Part shown: positions 52,161 through 61,646 of the stretch, in pieces
Position numbering within the stretch: position 1 is the stretch's first letter
Layout of the letters: the number at the start of each line of letters is the position of its first letter
Assembly (NCBI GenBank): GCA_963750165.1
Contig: CAVVPN010000011.1
Span: 320,001 to 384,000 of the forward strand
Length of the DNA: 64,000 nucleotides
Direction: 5' to 3'
Source of the DNA: an uncultured Gemmataceae bacterium
Lineage (GTDB): Bacteria > Planctomycetota > Planctomycetia > Gemmatales > Gemmataceae
Translations under genes and position numbers: made by a program
The notes under the pieces: generated by a model
What the model was told of the DNA's origin: nothing
The model's input: the letters and a program-made list of their open reading frames with translations, nothing else
Database searches by the model: none

Positions 52161-55100
52161 ATGAACATGCGTGGTGTCTGGCTGCTGGGACTGGTCGCCT
52201 TTGGCGGGCTGCTGACGTTCGTCTCCGCCACCCAGGCTCCCGCTGACCGGCAGCCTGAGCAGGCTGTCGCCGAACCACCGCACGACCTCATCCTGACCGT
52301 GGACGTGTCGCTCAGCATGATTATGGACTGGACCGAAGGCACGCGCACCTTTCCCGCCAGCGACCGCGAGGGCATGCGCTGGGATGGCTTGCAGTTCGCG
52401 GTGGACGTGGCCCGGCCGCAGGACCGCGTCGCTCTCGTGCTCTACCGCGCCGAGAACATCATCCTCAGCAAATTCATCGACGACACCGGCTTCGTCGGCC
52501 TGGCGCAGAAGTATCCGAAGTTCGGCAACCGCACCGGCCGCGAACTGCTGACTGCGCTCATCACAGAGATGCAGCAGCAGGAGGACAGCTGGGGCAAAAA
52601 GCTCAAGCAACTGCGCGACGCCAACCAGCCCATCACGAAGGACACCTTCAGCACGCTCACCTTCGCCTTGCTGAAGGACGGGCCGGGCGCCTCCGTCAGC
52701 CTGCCGCACGGCACCGCGTCGCTGCTGGCCCTGAAGACGGTCGAGAAGGACCTGTTGCCGCAGGTGCGGCCGGGGGCGCAGGCGTGGACGTTCCTGTTCA
52801 CCGATGGCGTCGAGGTCGGCCCGAATCGACCCGGCCAGCGGTTCCCGGCCGCGGCCTACGCCTACATCAAGGAGCGCGAGGGCCTGAGCGGGCCAAGGCT
52901 GCGGCACTGGGTCGATCCGTGGGTGAAGCAGTTCCGGGCGCGCGGCGCGCCCGTGTTCACCTTCGCCCTGGGCGACGACTGCGACCGGCCGCTGCTGCGT
53001 GCCCTCGCCCAGCAATCGAGCACCGCCGGGCCGCAGGGTCGCGCCGCCGCCAGCTACGAACTGCAGAACAACGTCCAGCTGCTTGGCACGCTACAGCACA
53101 TCCTCTGGGAACTGCGCGAATACTGGATGCGGCCGCTGGAGCCCGACCGTCGCGACCAGCGCCAGGAATTATTTTCGACGCCCAGGGTGCAAATCTGGCA
53201 CGACCTGGGCGTCCTGCTCTACCGCCAGGCGGCCGACGGCCGCGCTCGCGCCCCGCTCGACGCCGACATGCGGCCGCCGCGCCTCGGCGACCGCGAACTG
53301 GACGGGCTACGGCCGCTGAAAAGCCGGTCGCACTGGTATTACCACCTTTCGCCCTCGGCGAAGGACGCGAAGCAGGCGGGGCTGGCGGGCGAACTGGAAT
53401 TCGAGGTGCGGCATTCGGCGAAGGGCGAGAAGTATGTCACCCGCGCCGTGGCCGCGTTTCGCACACAGCAGTCGCTGTTCCACTTCCGCGCGCCAGCGGC
53501 CGGCGGCAAGCCCTACACGCCGCGCGACGCCATCCCCTTTGTGGTCGAGTTCACGCCCTATGCGGTCATGGACGGCGACAAGCGTGCGGTGCCGTTCCAG
53601 GTTGCCGACTTCGACGTGGAGGCGACCTTCGCGCCGGCGGCCAGGCCGGGGGCCAAGGCACGCACCTTCAAGCTGTCGCTGCAACCGTTGGCCGACCCAC
53701 CAGACGACGCCCGGCTGGCGCCGCGACAGTTCCGCGCCGAACTGATCCTGGACAGCAACGCAAAATCCGCCGGGCGGCCGGGCCTGACCGGCGCGTATGA
53801 CGTGGACGTGCTCATCACGGGCATCAAGGGGCCGCTCGCCGGTGCCCGGCGGCAGCTGCTGCGGCGGACGCTGGAGGTCGCGCCCTACCCGACGCTGACG
53901 GTCCCCCAAAAAATCGTCCTGACCAACGACGGGCCAGACACGGCGCGGGCGGTCGTGCCGCTGACGTTTGACCAGCGCACCGACCCAGCCGGCGTCGTCA
54001 CGGACGTGACGGTCGAACTGACGCGCGGGCCGATTGCCCGCAAGGATGAGGTCAAGCCGGGGTTGTTTCAACTCGGGCCGCGGTCGCTGCAGGTGCAGGG
54101 CAAACAAGGGAAATTCACCCTGGAACTGGCCGCCGCGGCCTGGGCAAAGCTACCGCGCGCGAGTTCAAGAACGGTACGCTGGAGTTCCGCGTCCCCTGGC
54201 AGAGCGAGCCCCTCATCACGGAAGTGATCGTCCGCAAATCGCTCTACAAGCTCAGTGCCACGCCGGACGTGATCCGCCTGGACCTGTCCGCCCACGGCGC
54301 CGAACGGGCGCCCAAGGAAATCCAGGTGGTGCTGCAAACGCGCCTGGCCACGGCGGAGCCCGTCTGGCTCAGCGCTACCGATGGCGCCGACCGCGAACAG
54401 CCCGAGCAGCTCACCTTCACACAGGTGGCCGATGACAGGGGCGTGCCGATCAAGGGCACTGGCAAGGCGGTCAAGTTCCGCTGCGAGGGCCTGGGCAAGC
54501 CGCAGGCGGTCAAGGGTAGCGGCCAGCCCGACCGGGCGGCCCTCAGCTTCGTCCTGAGCCACGACGGGCCGCTGGCGGCGGGCGTATATCAACGGCAGCT
54601 CTACCTCGTGGGCGACAGTGTGATTGCGACACCGGTGACGGTACACGTTGTCGCCAACCTGGTCACGGTGCGTTCGGACCGCGCCGCCGTGCCGCTCGAT
54701 GAGGTGTACTTGCTCGGCCTGGCCGGCGCGGACGTGCGGCAGACGCTCCAGTTGCAAACGGGCCTCGGGGCGAAGGTCAAGGCCGTGCGCGCCGTCGGGG
54801 ACTGGCCGCGGCTGAAGAACATCTCGGCCGGCGGCTGGGACGAGTTGACGCTGACCGGCTCCGCCAACCCGGACGCGCCCGACCAGCTGACCGTGGGCCT
54901 GAAAGTGCCGCTGTGTGTCCAGGAAGGCCGCTACCGCGGGACGGTGCAGTTGCAGGTCAACGCGGCGGAGGCAGGCCAGGCGGAGCGGCCCTTGCTGGTC
55001 AGTCTGCCGGTGTACCTGGAGGTGCGGCACACGGGCGTGCGCTTCCAGCGCGGCGGCCTTGACTTCAAGGAACCGCTGCGGCTGGCGTCCGAGCCGGGTG

Positions 55101-56802
55101 ATGCGTGCGCCCCGTTCGTCACCGCGGATTTCCAGCTGGTCACCGATGCGCAGAAGGCGCCGGTGCGCTGGCGGGTTGAGCGAGTGGCGCCGGCGGCCGG
55201 ATTCGGGAAGGCGCTGCCGGCCGACGACGGCCGCGTGGACGTACTGTTCAAGGACCGCTCTGTGCTCGGCAAGGCGGCCAGCGAACCGATCCGCCACGAC
55301 CACCCCGCGTCGCTGACGGTCAAGGTGTCGCGCCACGGATTGGAACCGGGCTGGTATCGAACCGTGCTGCGCTTCCACTCGGGCGAGGATCACGCGAAGG
55401 CGGCGGAGGGAGCGCCGATTGATTTGCCCCTGGAAATCCTGATGCCCGGCCGCGTGCTGGTCAACGCGATGCTCAAGGGTCCGACACCGCTCGGCAGCGA
55501 GTGCGAGTTGCAATGCACCCTCCTGTGTTATGGCTGCGACCCCGCGCCGGGCGCAGTGACGCTGACCAGCGCCGCGGAAGCCCCGCTCGCCAAACCACTC
55601 GCCGTCGGTGAACCGCTCCGCTCCGAGGCCGACAAACACGTTCCCGGCCTGGTGCGGCACCACTACCGCGTCGCCGTGAAGCCGCCGCGTCCCGGCAAGA
55701 ACCACTACGAACTGTCCTGGCCCTCCCTCTGCCCCGGTCGGCCCGCGACCACGCTCACCGTCGCCGTCGAAACCCTGAGCCGCCTGGATGTCAGCCCGAC
55801 CACCCCGTTCGTCGATGAGGAGGTGACCCTCCGCGCCCACGTCGATCCGGCGCTGGCCCCGGAGTCAGGCCGGCCGCTGATCCTGCGCGCGTGCCGCGCG
55901 GTGACAATGGGCTGTCACCATTCGACATCGAACTGTTCGACGACGGCCATGTGGACCATGCCGACGTGCAGGCCGGCGACGGCGTGTACTCCGGCCGGCA
56001 CCGCTTCAAGCAAGCGGGCGCGTATGACCTGTACTTCCCCGCGGCCGGTGGCGGCGCGGCGGTCAAGCCGGTGCCGATCCGTGTCGGCTTCGAGTTCCAC
56101 TGCCCCGAGAAGTTCGGCCCGATCGAGTACGGCGGCGGTCAGCTGCAACAGTGGTTTTACCTGACCGAAGCGCTGTCCGAGCCGCAGGCGATCCACCTGG
56201 CCAACCGCGAGCCGTTCACGTGCCGCTGGCGAGCGCGGCTGCTGTTCCCGCTTGCACCTGGAGCCCGCGCTAGCCCCACCGACCCGACCGCCGATCCGCA
56301 AAAACACCTGGACGTGCGTCTGACCGGCCCGACCGCGGCGAACGCGGATGGTTGGCTCAGCGGCACGCTGCGGCCCGATGAGGAGCTGGACCTGGGGCTG
56401 GACGGCGGACTGTCCGAGGCGGCGCGCGCGGCCGTGGCAACGGGCGGCGACCACCCGACGCTGGGCCAGGACAACGGCATGATCCTGGAAATGGAACTGG
56501 TGTGGGTCGATGAGGGGGGCAACATCCAGGGCCGCCGCGAGCTACGGATGCCGGTCACGGTGGCGACGCGCTACTGGGTCTGGAACGCCAAGCCGTGGCT
56601 GGCCGGCAGCGTGGTGCTGATCGGGGCAATCATCGGTTGGCGCGGCCTGGCCCGGTGGCGGCGCCGCCGGCGCATGCGCCGCGCCCTGCCCCCACCGCCC
56701 GCCACGGCAGCACCGGTCCCAGAGGCGCCACGGCGCCGGGAGCCGGCCGCGCCGCCCGTGATTGCGGATGATGACGACCTGTTACCGGAGCCTTACCGCT
56801 AG
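52161..56802 (+). CDS. Large membrane-anchored vWA-domain surface protein; frameshifts near 54157 and 55890
   Basis: Signal peptide, MIDAS DVSLSM...FTDG, LFDDG...AGDGVYSG (choice-of-anchor X-like), C-terminal TM plus RRRRR; three consecutive ORF pieces. Confidence 0.8.
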
Positions 56803-57022
56803 CGCGGTTCGCAGTTGGGTGTAGCGGAAGTCGCCAGACTTCCGTCCGGTGCTGCTCGGAAGTCTGGCGACTTCCGCTACACCCATTCGCAATCTGCAAT
56901 AGTGGTGCGTCACTCCTCCAGTTTCGGGTGGCACGGCTCTCCAGAGCCGTGGCCGACACGGCTCTGGAGAGCCTTGCCACCCGAAAACCAAGCGGTGACT
57001 GACCACTAGCGCGGTTCGCAGT
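56799..57022. repeat. Composite REP cluster bounded by a 17-bp direct repeat
   Basis: CTAGCGCGGTTCGCAGT at 56799 and 57006, enclosing GGGTGTAGCGGAAGTCGCCAGACTTCCG and ACGGCTCTCCAGAGCCGT inverted pairs. Confidence 0.8.
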
Positions 57023-57052
57023 GGCGTGACCACGAACGGCAGGCCGGCGCTG

Positions 57053-57230
57053 CCAGGCGCCGCTTCTCGACGTATGAAAAAGTTGGCGTCCTTGGCGTCC
57101 TTGGCGTCCTTGCTGTGGCAACCGCCGCCGGTGGTGGTCGCGCCGTGCCACCCCTACGGAACCAGGACGCCGAATCTCGACGTGTGAAAAAGTTGGCCCC
57201 CTTGGCCTCCTTGGCCCCCTTGCTGTGGCA
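57053..57230 (-). repeat. Dispersed ~70-bp repeat, copies 2 and 3
   Basis: Reverse complement reads TGCCACAG(CAAGGRSGC)x3CAACTTTTTCAYACGTCGAGA. Confidence 0.85.
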
Positions 57231-57447
57231 GTGCAGGCCGCTGGTGGTCAGCCCGTGCCCGCCCCCCTCGTGTGCAAACCGTGCGTGAAACGCTCTGGAC
57301 CGCAAGCGGCAGAAAGACGGGAGGACGCGCCCCAACTGCTACTCTGTCGCTCACGGCCTGGCGCACAAAAACCCTCCCGCGACTCGCAATTTTGCGAGCG
57401 CCGGGAGGGTTGCGGTGCGCCAAACCGCCAGCGGCGGGACTGCAAAT

Positions 57448-60021
57448 TCACTTCGTCACGTTGACCGTGAGCTTCGACTCCTGCGTGACGGGCATGCCGC
57501 CGATCATCGTCGTGGCACGCACGCTGGCGTTGATCGTCCCGGCGCTGGCCTGGGGCGTCGCAGTCACGACCAGCACCGCCTCATTCTGCCCGGCGGCCAC
57601 GCGGACCGGCTCGGCCCGCACGCCCTTGGCCTCCTTCGGCAGCACCAGCTCCAGCTTGTATTCGCCGCCGAGGTCGCTGGTCCGCGCCAGTTTGATCTTG
57701 ACCTCCGCCTTCTGGCCAGCCTTGACCTTCACGTTCTGCGATGACAGCCCCATCTTCAGAATCTGCTTCGGCAGCACGATGATGGTGATCGGCGTCGCCG
57801 GCTGCACGATGGTCAGCGCCTTCTTGACGTTCGGCATGCTCTTGGTCGGCGTCAACTGTACCTGGCCGCGCAACACCACCGTGTAGACGCCCGGCTGCGT
57901 GTTGTTCTTGACGCCCAGGGTGGCCACGGCGGTGTCCTTGCCGGCGGGGATGCTCACGTTGGTGAACGTCACCGGTTGCTGCTGTTGCTGCTGCGGCGTC
58001 AAGCCGGTGTTCACCTGCACCGCCCCGGTCAGCTCCGGCCAAAAGCGCTGCAACTTCAGCGACACCTTCAGCTGTTCACCGGCCCGGGCGACGAATTTGC
58101 TTTTCGCCACCTGCAGGTTGAACGGTCCGCGCTCGCGCACCGCCAGCACCAGCTCGCGGTCCATGCGGCTCAGACTCGGGATGTTCTGCACGTTCGCCGG
58201 CAGCGCCCATGTGGCCGTCGCCGGCCGCACCTCCTGCGTCACCTGCCGGCCGTCCACTTTCGCGCTCGCCAGCAGCCGGATCGCGCCGGTCCACAGCGGC
58301 GCGTCGTCGGCGGCGCTGACGACCACGACGCTCAGCTTGCTGCCGGCCGGCAGCACCTGCGGCGGCAGCGTCACACCCGCCGGCAGGTTGTCGCCAGTGA
58401 CGGTGATGTCGCCGTCCCAGCCGTCCAACCGCCAGATGTAGAGCGTGAACGCCTGCTGGCCGCTGCGGCGCACGATGGCCGCGTCGGGGCTGGCGCCGCC
58501 GGGCGGCACCGCCACGACGTGGAAGCCGTGCTGCTCCGGCGTCAGCCGTAGCCGGTAGTAGTACCGCGGCCCCGCCTGCAGGTAGGCGTCGCGGCTGGTG
58601 ACCAGCACCCGATAGTCGCCGTCTGCCGGGGCCACGAAACGGTAGCGCGGCGGGTCGTCGGTGCGCGAGTAGAAGTGGTTGCTCATCACCTCCGGCGTGT
58701 CGTCCAGATCCACCACAGTCCCGCCGCTGGCGCTGCGCACCGCCAGCGACAGGTCGTGCGGCGCCCCGAGACGGTCGCCGTAGAGTTCGATCATGACGAC
58801 CTGGCCCTTCTTCGCGCTGAAGGCGTACCAGTCGCGGTCGCCCTTCTTCTCGATGTGGCCGGCGACCTCACACGGCAGCGTCAGCCGTTGGGCGGTCAGT
58901 GCCGTGTCGTTGGCCTCGTTGTCGAGCACCACCGGGGCGCGGGCGTAGGTCAGCAGGAACGGGTTCGACGAGCCGGAAGCGTTGCGCAGCCGCACCTCGA
59001 AGCCGTCGAGCATGGAGGCGTTGGGCGGCAAATGGCCGCTGAAGGCGAGGCGGCTGGTCTGCTTCGGGTCGGCCGGCGGCGTGACGCGGTAGGTGACGCG
59101 GTCCAGCACGCGGCCGTCCACGACCGCTTTCGGGTCCGGTTGGCCGCCGGGCAGGTTGCGGCCATAAACCGTCACGTCGGTCGCCTTGCCGGGTTCGACC
59201 ACGCACGGGTGGATGGCGTCGATCCACGGCGCCGTGCTGACAGTCAGCCGGTAGAAGTGGTCCGGCCCCGACTGCGTGTAACCGAAGCTGCACACGCGCA
59301 CGTCGTAGTCGCCGTCGGCTGGCAGCAGCACGTCGCACAGGGCGTCGTTATGGAAATAGTTGCGGTTGGCCGCCAGTTCCTTGTCGCCGTGGAAGACCCG
59401 CACGGACGCCGGCAGCCGGCTGTCGATGCTGGTGGTCAGGCAGCTGACAACGACGCGCTGGCCGCGTTTGCCGGCGAAGCGGAAGTAGTCCACGTCGGTC
59501 GGCGACGCGATGATGCCGCTGACCGAACTGTTCAACTCGATGCGCTGGGCAGAAATCACGTCGTTGTTGGGCTCTTTCTCGACGGCCTCCTTGCCATCGC
59601 CGACGACAAAGGCCCGCGGATTGCTGACGCCGTATTTGGTGACGACGCGCACGTCCTGAATGCCCGGCGGCGCCGCGGCGGGCAGTGTGACCTTGAAGCG
59701 GAAGCTGTTGGCCGCCGGTGCCTGCATGCCGCCCTTCTTCTTCTTCGGGTTGGGGTTAATCATCGGTCCGGTGGCGGCTCCGAGCGGTTCGACGCGGACG
59801 CCGGGGAAGTTGAAGTGCAGTGTCTGCGGCTCATCGAGTTCCTGGCCGGTGACGACGACTTCTTGCGTGGCGCCCTGCTGGCCGCCGCAGGGCAGGACCA
59901 GCAGCAGGCGCGGCGCCGGTAGGCCGGGCGGGGCCGGCGGTTGGGCGGGCAGGGCCGTGGGCGTCAGCAGCAGGACAAGGCCCGCGAGCAAAACCAGGGG
60001 CGGCGAAAGGTGGGAACGCAT
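57448..60021 (-). CDS. Secreted PPC (pre-peptidase C-terminal) domain repeat protein
   Basis: Signal peptide, EKEPNN, DVDYFRFAGKRGQ, GDRDWYAFSAKKGQ. Confidence 0.85.
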   Translation of the reverse strand: MRSHLSPPLVLLAGLVLLLTPTALPAQPPAPPGLPAPRLLLVLPCGGQQGATQEVVVTGQELDEPQTLHFNFPGVRVEPLGAATGPMINPNPKKKKGGMQAPAANSFRFKVTLPAAAPPGIQDVRVVTKYGVSNPRAFVVGDGKEAVEKEPNNDVISAQRIELNSSVSGIIASPTDVDYFRFAGKRGQRVVVSCLTTSIDSRLPASVRVFHGDKELAANRNYFHNDALCDVLLPADGDYDVRVCSFGYTQSGPDHFYRLTVSTAPWIDAIHPCVVEPGKATDVTVYGRNLPGGQPDPKAVVDGRVLDRVTYRVTPPADPKQTSRLAFSGHLPPNASMLDGFEVRLRNASGSSNPFLLTYARAPVVLDNEANDTALTAQRLTLPCEVAGHIEKKGDRDWYAFSAKKGQVVMIELYGDRLGAPHDLSLAVRSASGGTVVDLDDTPEVMSNHFYSRTDDPPRYRFVAPADGDYRVLVTSRDAYLQAGPRYYYRLRLTPEQHGFHVVAVPPGGASPDAAIVRRSGQQAFTLYIWRLDGWDGDITVTGDNLPAGVTLPPQVLPAGSKLSVVVVSAADDAPLWTGAIRLLASAKVDGRQVTQEVRPATATWALPANVQNIPSLSRMDRELVLAVRERGPFNLQVAKSKFVARAGEQLKVSLKLQRFWPELTGAVQVNTGLTPQQQQQQPVTFTNVSIPAGKDTAVATLGVKNNTQPGVYTVVLRGQVQLTPTKSMPNVKKALTIVQPATPITIIVLPKQILKMGLSSQNVKVKAGQKAEVKIKLARTSDLGGEYKLELVLPKEAKGVRAEPVRVAAGQNEAVLVVTATPQASAGTINASVRATTMIGGMPVTQESKLTVNVTK

Positions 60022-60414
60022 GGAGACCCCCCGAAACAAGGCGTGATGGAAAGCGGTTATACCCCCCAGGGTAGCGGAGGCAGCGCTGCCGCGGCAAGGA
60101 CAAAAACGCCAGCGGTGCCGCAATCGGTCTTTCTGCCTCTTCTTCGTGGGGCAGACATTCCTGTCTGCTGCTTCGGGCCGCTCGGCGCCACCGCCGTCGG
60201 CCCGAACTCGATCTTCCAGGTCCAGGCCGCCTGCAGCGTGCGCATGGTCACCAGCAGCGTGAGCCCGACCACCTGGTGGTACGCCTGCACGCCCGCCGGC
60301 CGCTCTTGTCGCGCCCCACCCACCTCATAAGATCAATTGCATCAGCCGTTCTCGTCCCGTCCGCTCCTTTTCGGCTACCCGCGTCCCGGGCGACGCATCT
60401 CCCAGGAGGAACCC

Positions 60415-61572
60415 ATGACGCCGCTACGCTACACGTTACCGCTACTGGGGCTGTGCCTGGCGGCGCTGCTGCCGGCCGGCTGCGGCCCGCACGACCAGCA
60501 CGACGACGCCCGCGACGCCCTCCGCGTCACCGTCGCCGCGCCGCTCGTGCAAGAGGTGCCCAACTACCAGTACTACACCGGCAACACCAAGGCGGTCAAC
60601 AGTGTGGACATCCGCGCCCGGGTTAGCGGTTACCTCGACAAGGTGTTTATCAAGGAGGGTCAGCTGGTCGAGGAGGGCCAGAAGCTCTTCGAGATCGACC
60701 GCCGGCCCTACCAGGCGCTGTTCGACAAGGCCGACGCCGAGCTCACCCGCACCAGGGCGTCGGACAACACCGCCAGGCTCACGCTGGCCCGCGAAGAAAA
60801 ACTCATGGCCACCAAGGGCGCCACCAGCAAGAAGGATTACGACGACGCCGTCGGCCGCAAGGGCGAGGCCGCCGCCGCCGTCGGGGCCGCCGAGGCGTCC
60901 CTGCGCGAGGCCAAGCTCAACCTCGACTTCACCATCGTCCTCTCGCCCATCAAGGGCCGCATGCGCCTGTACGCCACCACCCAGGGCAACCTGGTCGAGA
61001 AGGACAAAACCGTCCTGACGACCATCGTGTCCTACGACCCCATGTACGCTTACTTCCCCATCGACGAGAACTCGATGCTGTACGTCAAGAAGCTGATTAG
61101 CGAGGGCAAGTTCAAGGGGACGACCGATGGCGGCGTCGTGCCGGTCGAGATGCAACTGGCCGACCAGCACAACTACCCCTATAAGGGCGTCCTCAACTTC
61201 GTGGACCCGGAACTCGATCCCAAGACCGGCACGCTGCAGCTGCGCGGCCGCTTCGATAACAAAAACGGGGCGCTGCAACCGGGCCTGTTCTGCAAGGTGC
61301 GCTGCTCCCTGGGCGAGCCGGCCAAAAAGTTCCTGGTGAGCGATCGGGCGCTGGTGTCGCAGCAGGGCAAGAAATACCTGTACATTGTCGATAAGAGCAA
61401 CCTCGTGCAGAGTCTGCCCGTGGTCGTGGGCACGCTGGTCAATGGCCTGCGCGTCATCGAGGAAGGGGTGACCGGCGACGAGCGTGTCATCGTCAACGGC
61501 CTTCAGATGGTGCGCCCCGGCCTGACCGTCGATCCCGTGCCGGGCAAGATGGAGCGCGAACCGGGGCAGTAG
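60415..61572 (+). CDS. RND efflux periplasmic adaptor (MFP) lipoprotein
   Basis: Lipobox PAGC, VDIRARVSGYL, LFEIDRRPY, SPIKG, TGTLQLRG, LQPGLF. Confidence 0.95.
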   Translation: MTPLRYTLPLLGLCLAALLPAGCGPHDQHDDARDALRVTVAAPLVQEVPNYQYYTGNTKAVNSVDIRARVSGYLDKVFIKEGQLVEEGQKLFEIDRRPYQALFDKADAELTRTRASDNTARLTLAREEKLMATKGATSKKDYDDAVGRKGEAAAAVGAAEASLREAKLNLDFTIVLSPIKGRMRLYATTQGNLVEKDKTVLTTIVSYDPMYAYFPIDENSMLYVKKLISEGKFKGTTDGGVVPVEMQLADQHNYPYKGVLNFVDPELDPKTGTLQLRGRFDNKNGALQPGLFCKVRCSLGEPAKKFLVSDRALVSQQGKKYLYIVDKSNLVQSLPVVVGTLVNGLRVIEEGVTGDERVIVNGLQMVRPGLTVDPVPGKMEREPGQ

Positions 61573-61646
61573 GTCGCCCTGTTCACCGCCCGCGCCCTTC
61601 TGTCCGCGGCTTGCCGCTTCACGCTTCCCCCTGGAGGACCGCCGCC

